Of a stretch of 64,000 nt of DNA, positions 21,221-32,614 are shown one piece after another. Both the position numbers and the translations under genes were made by a program. The DNA is from Neodothiora populina (taxonomy: Eukaryota): NCBI RefSeq assembly GCF_041146345.1, contig NW_027191402.1, positions 806,001 through 870,000 of the forward strand, given 5' to 3'. The stretch's first letter is position 1; every line of letters starts with the position of its first letter. A model generated the notes under the pieces. The model was given only the letters and a program-made list of their open reading frames with translations. It did no database searches and was not told the origin of the DNA.

Positions 21221-22324
21221 TTATGCGATACTGCCCTTGCGGCTAGGGTTCGCAGACGTGGCCACACTGGCGTTGAAACTCGTGTTGCGGCTGGTAAGAT
21301 CGGGAGATCCGGGTCTGCTGGCAGCAGGAGTACCAGGTCTGCTCTTGCGGTAGGTGCTCAACCTGCTGAGCAAGCCAGGTCTCTTTCCATCGGGCGAAGC
21401 GGGTCTCGAGGCTGGTCTCGAGCCGGGGTTTGAGTTGGGGTTGGAGCCGATCTTGGGCATGCTGAACTTGGGCATCTTGCCGTGGTGGTGCTCTGGTTCT
21501 CCCAGCTCGGCGTGGAGCTTTTGCAGAGCGGCCTTGGCTTCGAGACCGAGGAATGGGTAGCGGCCTTTGCATGCCTTGATAAGGATGTTGAGTTTCGCCG
21601 CACGCTTTTGGTTGGCGCCCGCGGGTTCTCCGAGGAGTCTGATGTCGTTCTTGAGAACCTCCTCAATCTCCTCGAGTGAGCTGATGCTCTCGATGAGTTT
21701 GTCCACGTGGAGCTTGGTAAACTTGACGAAGTTGGAGAATCTGATCAGGTCCGAGACAAGCCATTGAGTGGTGGCGTGGCGAGTAGGACGTGCCATTCCT
21801 GACTTTGCGGAAGCCGTGTCGAGGAGGAGCGAAAATCGCTCTTCCAGCCGAGACAAACGATCTTGGTTGACGGCTGGCTGCTCAAGAGGGTGAGAGTAGC
21901 CTTGTTGCCAAGGTTTGAGGCCGTTCACATCAAGCCTGATGTCGTAGTTGGGAGGTGACAATGTGTAGGAGAGCGCGCTGAGGATGCCCTCGATGTTGTG
22001 TCTCATTTCATCATTGTCCAAACGTTCATCACGCTGTCTTGAGTATAGAGGACGAGCGACTCCCTCCTCTGTCATAACAGGCTTGAGCGCACCAGCCTGA
22101 TCTGCCACCGATGAAGGAGGGGACAGGATGCCCACACGATCGCCCCAGATCATAAGTCGGGCCTGCTCAATGCCGAGCTGAGCCAACAGAATGCTTTCAT
22201 CTTTGGAATCATAGAGAGAGCTGTGGATGTTACCGAATGACTCGACAGTGTTGTAGAATAGACTTGCAAGCGCAACGATGCTGAAGACAACGTCCTCCTG
22301 GGTCTGAAAGTTGTGTTCTTCCAT
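21221..22324 (-). CDS. HeLo (prion-inhibition and propagation) domain protein with an S/P/R-rich tail
   Basis: ATG at 22324. N-terminal hydrophobic helix VVFSIVALASLFYNTVESF, then LAQLGIEQARLMIWGDRVGI, and later QWLVSDLIRFSNFVKFTKLHVDKLIE. These match the recognisable HET-S/HeLo motifs (L..E..RL..WG..VG; W.v.D...F..hv..h...vd.L). Confidence 0.75.
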   Translation of the reverse strand: MEEHNFQTQEDVVFSIVALASLFYNTVESFGNIHSSLYDSKDESILLAQLGIEQARLMIWGDRVGILSPPSSVADQAGALKPVMTEEGVARPLYSRQRDERLDNDEMRHNIEGILSALSYTLSPPNYDIRLDVNGLKPWQQGYSHPLEQPAVNQDRLSRLEERFSLLLDTASAKSGMARPTRHATTQWLVSDLIRFSNFVKFTKLHVDKLIESISSLEEIEEVLKNDIRLLGEPAGANQKRAAKLNILIKACKGRYPFLGLEAKAALQKLHAELGEPEHHHGKMPKFSMPKIGSNPNSNPGSRPASRPASPDGKRPGLLSRLSTYRKSRPGTPAASRPGSPDLTSRNTSFNASVATSANPSRKGSIA

Positions 22325-23529
22325 AGCTTTTGATTTCACTAAGACAATACCGAAGAATGTCCTAAAGCAAAGTGGGTATGATGAAAAAATACAGGTATTG
22401 CGAAATCACACCGACGGCGAATCGCCGTTGATAAATACAACCCAGCATTCTGCTGACCTTCGCCGTTCTGACGTATGTTTTTCAGACGCATCACCGCCAT
22501 GCACATTCCCCCACATGTTGGGCGCAACAAGTTGGTTTCTTTCACATCGAAATTTCTCTTCGAAACGCTTTTGTTCTTCCCGAGAAGGACCATATTCGGC
22601 CATACTGCTCGAATGGTCCGTGCGACATACCTGGATGGTGTTGCATGTGATAGAGCCTCACCACCAATACCACTGAAGCCATGACATATGTATATCTTCT
22701 TGAAGAGAATTGAAGACCGACAAAGATAGAAACTTACAATTTGCGTGACTTACAACTTTTAAACATTTGGTCGTTGATAAAATGGTCTATCCTGACTGTT
22801 GAAGTTGCGCCGACGAATTCGGGCCTATACCAAAATTCTGACGGTGATGACATCAGATCAGACTCAGATACGGCGGCGCCGCGACTTCTCATACAGGAAC
22901 GGAGTACTGTACTGGAAGAATGTACAAGGAACCCACGAGAAAGGGTCCTGTACTGCTTAGAACAGATGGGTCAAACACCACTGCGACGCGCAAACTCAGT
23001 TCAGGCTTCGTGCTATACGATGTGGATAAGATCTCAAAAAGGAGGTGAGGTCGATCTGCGGGTGATCTCCGGCCCCTCCCGTCCGCCTCACTACAGTACA
23101 TCCATGACCTTCCGCCAATATGCTAAATTGCCACACTATCAAACAGATTTTGATAATGATGTTGCTATGTCTTGCGAAAGAGATTTATGATGGGAACAGC
23201 GTCCCAACGATATGTTGAGATGGTGTGATCAGTCGCGTCGCCCCCTTAATACCTCTAGTATTGGAACATAGATTAAAATCAACTACAGTGTATCCACGAT
23301 CAGTAATGGCGAACTTGGTGGAACTGCGTTTCCACTACGGTCACTACTATAGTCGCAGGACATGATATATGATCATATTTCTGCTGACTACCACGCGTCG
23401 CGGTCATTTTGAATGGCACTAGCCAAGTCTGAGATTGATAGATATACACTCGAGTTACGACTCCTACTTAAGGTGACTCAGCCTGGTCTAGCTAACAATA
23501 GAGGAAGTCATGATGAGTCGAATGAGCAC

Positions 23530-24375
23530 TTATATTATTGGACCGATCACGTCGCACTCACAGCCCGAGCGAAGTGCTGAAGAAGAAGATAAACCAAAAC
23601 TCTTGACTGTTAGAGGCAACGATGGTAAACCTCTCATACGACGCATGAGATTTGAGCCCGATTGTGTGTTCCGAGACGACGAATTTCCCATTGAAGCTGT
23701 AGGCCTGGCCAATTCTGGTTTGGCCTTGCGAGCGGGCCCAGTCTCTAGAGCGACTTCAACGACCTTGCGCAGACTTGCCAACGCGCATGCTTGTACTTTG
23801 TGACACTCGCCCTGAATCAAGATTGTCGGGTTCGAACTAAAGTCTTCCGAGTTTACCTGATCGAAATCAGGTGTAGCTATCAGCGAGTACTGGTAGGTTT
23901 GCTCTTCGGCTCCGTCGCCGTCTCCCAGCCCTCGTGCAGCGGGACCTCTTTCGACTGCCAAGCGCGTGTGGGATATGAAGGGAAACAACCGGTTGACTTG
24001 CAAAGCCTTCACCTGTGCCAGACAGTCCTTCCTAGGATTCACCTCCTTGTCAACTCCAAGCACAGAGTGTGCTGTTGAATTAACACTGCACTCTTCCAGA
24101 TCATCCAGGTCTCCAGCCACAATAGAATCCAGACCATCCTCATTCTCTGAAAATGGCTCAACTTGGAGTACAGGCGATCCAGAATTGTAAGATATCGCGC
24201 AATCGGAGAACTCACTGTCAGAAACTGGAGTGCTCGATCTATGACAGAGCAAACAATCGTCCGTAAGCGACGACGACAAAGTTATGGCAGGGATATCCGC
24301 ATTCCGACACGAAGTGCTTGGGTCGGCCATCTCGCAATCTTGAGTCTCACGCGCAAAGGTTTCCTGCAATGTCAT
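23530..24375 (-). CDS. Hypothetical protein (281 aa), member 1 of the repeated orphan family
   Basis: ATG-initiated ORF carrying VNRLFPF and TILIQGECHKVQACALASLRKVV. Confidence 0.55.
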   Translation of the reverse strand: MTLQETFARETQDCEMADPSTSCRNADIPAITLSSSLTDDCLLCHRSSTPVSDSEFSDCAISYNSGSPVLQVEPFSENEDGLDSIVAGDLDDLEECSVNSTAHSVLGVDKEVNPRKDCLAQVKALQVNRLFPFISHTRLAVERGPAARGLGDGDGAEEQTYQYSLIATPDFDQVNSEDFSSNPTILIQGECHKVQACALASLRKVVEVALETGPARKAKPELARPTASMGNSSSRNTQSGSNLMRRMRGLPSLPLTVKSFGLSSSSALRSGCECDVIGPII

Positions 24376-25129
24376 CGCTGACTAGTTGAAGAGCGACTAT
24401 GGCAAACGGGATGTGTTATCCGGCAGGAAGGACGATATATACGTGTCCGTGTGGTAAGCTAAGCACGACAGAAACCGGATGAAGTATTCATGGATACGCA
24501 TGCGATCGCCATCAGGATTTGAAATCTTCATCTACCAAGTACAAAACCTGTATCACAGCATGTACATACGCGACGTGTGGCCACGTCGGCCAGCAACACA
24601 AAGGGGCCAAGTCCGCAATATTTAAGCAGTCTTTTTCGCTGAAGTATGAGATAGCTGCACTCTCCCGTCTGATCATTGCTCTGTGGAAGTTTGCTTGTCT
24701 GGTGTCACAGACTCTCAACCTTACCTACTTGATTCTACAGGTAACGGTCACTAGATGCCTTATCTTCAGGATTGAGTAGACTTTGACACACGACAATATA
24801 TCTGAGCCATACAAACTTGATTTCTAGCTGCTACATGACCGGCAACTATCTGAGTATAGCTGCCGTAACACCAACCAAGTCCATACACTAGTCAAGTCCA
24901 CAGCACCATTCTGTTGCTAGCATGCAATCCTCAAGAGCCACTATATCCATCCAAGAACCAATAAAGTATCCCAACTGCATTCCCCATAGGAAAGCTCCTG
25001 TAGCACAAACACATAGTACACCAAGTAGCCAAATCCTAAATTTCTCCACCAGCCCCTGATTCAATTGGTCGAATTTCCTCATACCTCCCTCCCCGCACAT
25101 CCCCAGCCCACCACCACCACTACTGATCC

Positions 25130-26407
25130 TCAACTCAACCCGTCCTTTCCCCCACAAACAGAGCACACATGACCCAAAACAGATTCAGCACCAACAGGCA
25201 ACGAGCCAGCCCTCTTCGCCGCCCAAACCCGACTAAGCACCCCAGGAGTTCTCTCGTCCGAGACTAGATTGGCCAGACTCTTGTTCGCCAGAGACAGAGT
25301 CGGCATCCAGGCGCTTCTGAGCCAGAGGATGGTTGATATTTCTGCATTTGCTGGTGCAGCTTGTGGTTGTTCGGGGGCTACTGGGTCTGTCTGGCGCAAT
25401 GCAACGTGGGAGGGCACGACGAGTTCTTCGATTAGAAGTTTTGAGACTAGTGTGCGTTGCTGCTGCCGTTGTTGTTCACACGACGCTCGAGGTTCAGACC
25501 GGGACAAAGCAGGATCGATGGGGTAAGGATCGATAGACTCGCACATGAACGTCCTCAGATACCTGCTGCTTGGGACCGCGAAAGGAGGCACGGGCAGGAT
25601 CTCTTCAGCGCGCTCGAAGGCGTAGGCTGGGAATGCTTCATTGGGTAGATGAGCTGGGAGGGGGCTCAGCATTGTGGGAGGATGTTGGGTGCCGGAGTCA
25701 GTGGTTTGAGCTGGAGATGGGAGGATGGTGTGGCATTGACAGACGTGAGGAGGTGGTGCTGGTGGTGAGAATTGGTTCTCGAGGTAGTGAAATCCGTTTG
25801 GCTCTTCTGAAATGCTGGGATTCGCCACTACTTGACGTGTAGCTGCGACTTCTCTAGCTGCTGCTTCTTCTGCTTCACGTGCGAATGCAGCAAGCATCAG
25901 ATATTCGATACCGACATGGTCGGTTTCGGATTTGTCTGTATGCCGTGGGATTGCTTGACCCATTATCTCCGGTTGTGCTGCCATGCCCTTGGTGTTCATC
26001 ATATAAGGCGGAGACACATTCGGATCACGGTACATGAATTGTGAACCTCGCGCTGCTGTTTGGCGATACTCCATGCCACCGTTGGCCACATTCATGTCTT
26101 CTGAGAAATGTGATGTACGCAGGATCTCTGCGAAGGGTCGATATGACGGTGGTACCCAATTTGTTCCTCTTGCCGGTAACGGATATATCGAGCTGTCCGA
26201 GTCGCTTCTGATAATCATTTGCACACCTTGGCCTCCCTGATCTTGGTGTGGGTACGCAGAGCCATCTTCTTGACTTTCCCAGTCCATATGCTCACCATCC
26301 TCAAATGAGTTAGTATTGGCGTTCTCGTATTCATATATGGATTGGTCAGAAGGCATCGTCTTGCGCATCAATTTCTTGTCTCCTTGGGTTGCATATCGAT
26401 CGGTCAT
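25130..26407 (-). CDS. Hypothetical protein (~425 aa), member 2 of the repeated orphan family, with a long disordered N-terminus
   Basis: ATG at 26407. Carries CQC, AFERAEEILP, ILWLRSAWMPTLSLANKSLANLV and a terminal CSVCGG. Confidence 0.62.
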   Translation of the reverse strand: MTDRYATQGDKKLMRKTMPSDQSIYEYENANTNSFEDGEHMDWESQEDGSAYPHQDQGGQGVQMIIRSDSDSSIYPLPARGTNWVPPSYRPFAEILRTSHFSEDMNVANGGMEYRQTAARGSQFMYRDPNVSPPYMMNTKGMAAQPEIMGQAIPRHTDKSETDHVGIEYLMLAAFAREAEEAAAREVAATRQVVANPSISEEPNGFHYLENQFSPPAPPPHVCQCHTILPSPAQTTDSGTQHPPTMLSPLPAHLPNEAFPAYAFERAEEILPVPPFAVPSSRYLRTFMCESIDPYPIDPALSRSEPRASCEQQRQQQRTLVSKLLIEELVVPSHVALRQTDPVAPEQPQAAPANAEISTILWLRSAWMPTLSLANKSLANLVSDERTPGVLSRVWAAKRAGSLPVGAESVLGHVCSVCGGKDGLS

Positions 26408-26748
26408 GATCAAAGGGGTGGTCTATGAAGGCAATGCTGCTTGACCTATGGTTCGTGAATATATATGTTCTGTCTCTGGTCTCTATTACGGTAGGTGATT
26501 TTCGTGAAAGATGAGTGTACTAGAAGCTCCTCGACGACTCGAGCCAGATCTCGTTGGTATTCAGAACTGTGTTACACGCCAGTCCTCATTTGTTATTTCG
26601 TAAGATAGGAATCCGAAAGAGAACTTGAACTTGTGTTGGCGCGTCGCATTCGCAACTTTCTCATTTAGTCCTGCTGAACATGTGTATGGTATACATCACG
26701 CCTTACTACCTCATCGTCGTGATCCACCTTTGTGACGGCATACGGCGC

Positions 26749-27087
26749 ATGGCGCCGTCGCCGTCCATGACGACGAAATCGTTGTCCAGAATGCGAAAGT
26801 ATAGACATGAGACTAATTGGTCTATAGCATATGAAAGAGAAAGCAGAAAGAGGAAAAGAGTATTAGCAGACATAGATCCTGGAACCAGAGGATGGCATGT
26901 GACTGCTGCTAACATTGTATCGGTATTGAGGTATATGGATCGCTTGAACATGTCTCGTGTCTTATGTCGTGATATGCCGTCTATAGTTGATGCAGATGCG
27001 TTACATCGAAGACTCCTATATAGGCCCCAAGCACATGGGCGGTTCGAGTTCAGCAAACAATATGAGAGAATGCTTGAGCGGTACTAG
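26749..27087 (+). CDS. Hypothetical basic protein
   Basis: Only an open frame with an NLS-like RKRKR; no recognisable homology. Confidence 0.2.
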   Translation: MAPSPSMTTKSLSRMRKYRHETNWSIAYERESRKRKRVLADIDPGTRGWHVTAANIVSVLRYMDRLNMSRVLCRDMPSIVDADALHRRLLYRPQAHGRFEFSKQYERMLERY

Positions 27088-27494
27088 TAGGTTCTCATAC
27101 AAGATAGGATTTCACAGAGTAATATAATCTGAAAATCATCGGGACTGTATCAGTATAGAGCTACATTATGCCATGTAGATGTCCGTCTGACGTAGCATAG
27201 CTATGCTGATCTGGGTGTATGTCAGCAACTACTTCTTCGTCCTGGCCGTTTCCTCTGGTCAAGAAAGAAACCCGATGATCCAATTCCTCTCTTACAGCAT
27301 AAGGCAATGAGATCATTATCATCTTGGCGATTTGGGAAAAGACAAGATTTCCGATTGGTGTATCTGGGTGGTCACACCGTCAGCATATGCTATATATTAG
27401 CCAAGGGTACATAATCATGCAGCTTCGTCACATCACGAGCCCGTCTTGAGGATCCTGCAGCATGTCGAAGTGCATGATGACTTTAACTTAAAAT

Positions 27495-27959
27495 ATGACC
27501 AAAAGCCATCCACAAGTTCAAGACGAGCAGAGAGATTCCTTGCTTCTTTTTGCTATCACCATGTCCGGCTCGTGCGTTTGGCGCAAGTACATCGTGCAAC
27601 GAGACACGACAGCAATCAACTCAGACGAGCATATACTTATGGATAATGCCAAATGTGCTGCGCTGGTATTTCCCTCCAAGACGACATCAAATTTTCAAGT
27701 TCGAAGGAAGCGAAGAGCCATCAACCGGGTGAATAAAAACACACATGAAAGCACCTCCTACACACTTCACTATTCCGAGTTGGTGAAAGGATCGAACGAG
27801 GTACTTGTGCAGGGCGAATGGGCCAATTCGATTGCTGGGGCAGAAGTAAGCATAGTCAACGCTCTCCAAGCTATGCCTGCTGGTTTCGAGGGCGAGCTAC
27901 CAGTCAGAGCCTTGACTTGCAAGATTTCTGGGCAGACTGCTCGGTCTGTCGCAACTTGA
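27495..27959 (+). CDS. Hypothetical protein (154 aa), member 3 of the repeated orphan family, with degenerate Cys motifs
   Basis: ATG ORF carrying AKCAALVFPS and EVLVQGEWANSIAGAEVSIVNAL. Confidence 0.5.
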   Translation: MTKSHPQVQDEQRDSLLLFAITMSGSCVWRKYIVQRDTTAINSDEHILMDNAKCAALVFPSKTTSNFQVRRKRRAINRVNKNTHESTSYTLHYSELVKGSNEVLVQGEWANSIAGAEVSIVNALQAMPAGFEGELPVRALTCKISGQTARSVAT

Positions 27960-28399
27960 GACAGGCAGTGTAGGGCGTTGATTTGACCCCGCCAACACCA
28001 CGGGAGGTATCGAATGGCCTCGGGAATTCTCACATTGAACGCGGATGAGCGAAGTGAATGCGCTTGGCATCAGGGGTCAACCATCAAATGACAAATATCC
28101 TTTTCGATGACTGCTATGCCGATCTGGCTTGTGTTAGCCACGCACATGTTTGACTGACATAGTCCATGTATACTCGAAAGAAGAATCGTCAAAGCTGTCA
28201 GTGATGCTCTAGGAGCAGAGAATCAGAACATGCAAATGGAACTCAAGACAAAGTCAAGTTAGAAGGATTGGATAATGATATGAGAGGAGATATTTTCGTT
28301 CTTCGGTCTCGTGGTTTAGCATATGCTCTAGATTGATCAAACCTGCTTCTTGTACATAGCGCCACCAGCACCAGCCTAGCAAAGTAGTTAGATTCAAGT

Positions 28400-29517
28400 C
28401 TAAGCGGACTTTTTGTGCATGACGGTCGCCGCAGCCTAGTCCAATCAGCACCAGATACAAATTTTGGGGCTACAAAGGGATTTGGACAGGGGCGTCTCGA
28501 ATTGTAGACGATAACGTAGGAGCGCCTTACCTGGTGGTTAGGGAAGATGAGAGTATCAGCAATAACAACATTCTCCCTCCTCCCTGCAGCAAAAACAACA
28601 ACCTCGGCGATATCGTCTGGAGTAAGGGGCTCACATCCCTCGTATACCTTGTCCGCAGCGGATTTGTCACCGTAGAATCTGACAACAGAGAATTCGGTCT
28701 CTACTTGACCAGGATCAATCTCGATCACTCTGATCCGGGTTGCAATGAGCTCGCGTCTCATGGCATCGGTGAAGGCTCGGACCGCGGCCTTGGTGGCGCA
28801 ATAGATGCTACCGCCGGGATAAGGCTCACGACCAGCAATAGAACCGACGTTGATGATATCGCCAGCGCCGCCGTCTGAGCCACGAGCCTTGAAGGTTGGA
28901 AGGATGGCTTGCGTCATGTTGACTAGACCAGTGACGTTGGTAGCGAACATGATGTTCATGTCTTCCTCTTTGATCTCTGGGGCTTTAGCAACGCCCTTGA
29001 CGAGACCACTGCTACTGATCAGCTGTCCTTCGCGCCGAGGAAGATAGGAAAGGCCGCTCTTGCAGGCAGAGACATAGCCAAGGACTTACGCATTGTTCAC
29101 GAGGACATTAATGTCTTTCCATTCCTCGGGTAGACTTGGCACAAAGTTGCTGACCTCCTCAGGCTTGCTGACATCCAACTGGACCGGTAGCACTTTCACG
29201 CCCTCGCCGACCTCTTTTGTGATCTCTCCAGCGATTTGCTTGAGAGTGTCCACACGCCTTGCGGTAAGGATGAGTCTCAAGTTCTCTGGGGCAGTACGGG
29301 CAAATTCGAATGCGATACTGCGGCCAATACCAGAACTCGCACCAGTGATGACAATAGTCTTGCCTTCAATGCGTTTGCTCATTGCTGAAGACATCCTGAC
29401 TTGAGATAGACGAGACAGAAGCGGGGAGCAAGCTCGTGCGGGGTCCGATGATAGAACAGACTTGGATGTCAAGGAATTGACAGTGCGAAGGTAGCGAGCA
29501 GCTCTACGAGGCAACAT
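28400..29517 (-). CDS. Short-chain dehydrogenase/reductase, YdfG/YMR226C-like NADP-dependent 3-hydroxy acid dehydrogenase, 3 exons
   Basis: Exons 29517 (or 29394)-29090, 29008-28531 and 28435-28400. Motifs TGASSGIG, NNAG across intron 1, GSIAG, YCATK and PGQVETEFSVVRF. Confidence 0.92.
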
Positions 29518-30369
29518 AAACAGATGAAAAATGAAAATGCTAAAACAAAGGTGTAGAGGCTGGCGAACCTAGGAATATTATGATTATGGAAGAGTTGGAC
29601 TGTGTGTCATCGATGTTTGAATACACACACCCACCCCACACCGAGGTGGTCAAAGGGCACGACATCCGTTATCGCCAGATAAGGAAAGTGGTAGTGGACA
29701 GTCGGGCGGACGGCTAACCAACACACGGCAGCGATCGCTCGAGTCACACGAACCCAGCGGACCGACTCACAGTGACTCAAGAAGAGAACGCCGAAGATCG
29801 CTGCGGATTCATCTTCGTTTATGCAACGCAGTGCCGCTGTGCAGCCATGCAAAATATATGAGGCGGCAATGCATCTGGTCGTGCGACAGACGGGCCGATG
29901 CAGGATCAGATAGAATCGAAAGATTATCAAGATTATCAGCATGAAAGAGGAAAAGCGGCAAGGAGATAAAAACCGAGCTGGACGGATCAGTCGGGCACGG
30001 CCAATGACGGGCTGTAACGTTGCGTCACCAAAGCACCATTTGGCTTCGCTCTGGCTCTGCTTTGGCTACGCTACCGTGTTAAATGCATCTTCCCAGCGAT
30101 TACTAGTACATTATTAGATCCGTTATTCGAGTGTTGCGGGAATCTTTTGTTTTTCACTGTTCTGCTCTGTACATACCGACTCCAGATATCTCTCTCCTTC
30201 CTGACTTGTGTTTTGTCAGTACTACCGTCAAGCGACATGTTCTGTTGTTGTTGATTGCCATTGGTACTATCTCTCTTCTTCCCTTCGCCTTCCTCTACTT
30301 CCCACCGACTCAACATACCCGCGTCATCCGTGTTGCTCTATAGGTAAACAGCTTCACCGTACAGTAGGC

Positions 30370-32614
30370 ATGCAGGCGTCCCTGCGACAAGTCAGTCGGG
30401 GTCAACCACTGCTCCGTGGTATACAGGCAAGATCCTCTCAAGCAACAATCCAATGTAGGGCTCTGTCCCGGTCTCAGTCGGTGCGAAGTCTACATATCCG
30501 TCGCACCGCATCGTCATCGCCGTCGTCGTCGTCGTCGTCGATATACAACAAATTGACCAGGGCGCGGCGCTCTTCCGCCTTCTTCTCCACCAACCAGACC
30601 AGGGCTGCTTCCACAAAACCAGAAGTCCCACTCCCTGCTCCTGCCCAAAAGTCTAGACTTGTGCGCTTTCTCTGGAAAGGCTTCACTGTTCTCGGCATCT
30701 TTGTCGGGACTTCTTTCGTCCTTGTTCTCGCCTTCTTCGCCTATGACGCCTCGACTTACAAGGAGAACTCGGCATTGATTGATCTCAATGTCTCGGAATA
30801 TGCGTTGAACCCACGCAGAGGAGGCCCCAAGAACCTTCCCATCGTTGATCATCTGATTGACGATGATGACTCTCCCGAGAAGAAGGCGCAGAAGCACAAG
30901 CCTAAGCTCGTCATTCTGGGTACCGGCTGGGGCAGCGTCGCTCTTCTCAAGCAATTGAACCCGGATGACTACCACGTCACCGTCGTCGCTCCCTCCAACT
31001 ACTTCCTCTTCACGCCCATGCTTCCTTCGGCTACCGTCGGCACTCTGGAAATCAGATCTCTGGTCGAGCCGGTGAGGAGGATTGTCGCAAGAGTCTTTGG
31101 CCATTTCCTGAAGGGAACGGCAGAGGATGTTGACTTTTCCGCCAAACTCGTCGAGGTTTCGTCGATTGGCCCGGACGGCGAGAAGCAGCACTTCTACCTG
31201 CCTTACGATAAGCTCGTCATCGGAGTCGGTAAGTCAGGAGCAGAATGAAGTCTGCCGCAGAAACAGCATTCGCTAATCATCACCACAGGATCCACCACCA
31301 ACCCGCACGGTGTCAAGGGCCTCGAGAACTGCCACTTCCTCAAGGACATTACCGATGCCCGCCTCATCCGCAACCAGATTGTTCGCAACCTCGAAACCGC
31401 AAGTCTACCGACCACTCCCGATGAGGAGAGAAGACGCCTTCTGTCCTTTGTCGTGAGTGGAGGTGGCCCAACCGGTGTTGAGTTCGCCGCCGAGCTCTTC
31501 GACATGCTCAACGAGGATCTTTGCAGAATGTACCCTCGCATCCTCCGAAACGAGATCTCTGTTCACGTCATCCAGAGCCGTGGTCATATTCTAAACACCT
31601 ACGATGAGACTCTCTCCAAGTTTGCCGAAGCTCGCTTCGCCCACGACCAGGTTGATGTTCTCACGAACTCGCGCGTCAAGGAAGTTCACCCCGACAAAAT
31701 TTTCTTCACGCAAAAGGACAAAGATGGAAACACTGTCACAAAGGAATTGCCAATGGGCTTCTGCTTGTGGTCTACTGGAGTAGCGCAGACCGAGTTCAGC
31801 AAGAAGCTGGCTAAGAAGTTGGGTGACCAGCAAAACAACCTCCACGCCCTCGAGACGGATACGCACTTGCGTCTCACCGGTGCGCCCCTTGGTGATGTGT
31901 ACGCCATTGGTGACTGCTCGACCGTCCAGAACAATGTCTCGGACAACATCGTTAGTTTCCTACGCACACTGGCATGGGAGAAGGGTAAGAACCCCGACGA
32001 GCTCAAGATCAGCTACCCAGACTGGCGACACGTGGCCAAGCGCGTCAAATCTCGCTTCCCGCAAGCCTCCGACCACTTGAAGCGTCTGGACCGTCTGTTC
32101 GAGCAATACGACAAGGACAAGAGCGGCACTCTCGACTTCTCTGAACTCCAAGAACTCCTCAAACAAATCGACAGCAAATTGACCTCGTTGCCCGCAACCG
32201 CTCAGCGCGCCAACCAGCAAGGAGTGTATCTCGGCAAGAAACTCAACAAGCTTGCGCAGACCAGCGCCGCAATGGAGCTCAACCAGATCGACTACGGCGA
32301 CATCGACGAGGCCGTCTACAAGGCATTTGAGTACCGACACATGGGATCGCTGGCCTACATTGGCAATGCGGCCATTTTCGACTTCAACGGCTTGAGCTTC
32401 GGAGGTGGATTGGTCGCTGTTTATCTCTGGCGCAGCGTTTACTTTGCCCAGAGTGTCAGTCTGAGGACTAGGATCTTGCTCGCTATGGATTGGACCAAGA
32501 GAGCGCTGTTCGGAAGAGGTAAGTTTTATTTTTTCATTTTTCTATCCCCTCCTCCCTTCTCTCAATGAAAACTTGCTAATCTCTCTTCTCAATACAGATC
32601 TAATGAACTTCTAA
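30370..32614 (+). CDS. Mitochondrial alternative (type II, external) NAD(P)H dehydrogenase with an EF-hand insertion
   Basis: Exons 30370-31228, 31289-32518 and 32598-32614. Arg/Ser-rich presequence, GTGWG, FTPMLPS, GGGPTGVEFAAEL, AIGDC, EF-hand DKDKSGTLDFSEL, LPATAQRANQQG and YLWRSVY. Confidence 0.93.

Noticed and set aside
22741..23190. 149-aa plus-strand ORF next to the HeLo gene
   Set aside because: Non-ATG start, no motif and no codon bias.
29009..29017. CAGTAGCAG triple acceptor in SDR intron 1
   Set aside because: The proximal AGs abut the branch point, and only the distal AG gives the conserved NNAG motif.
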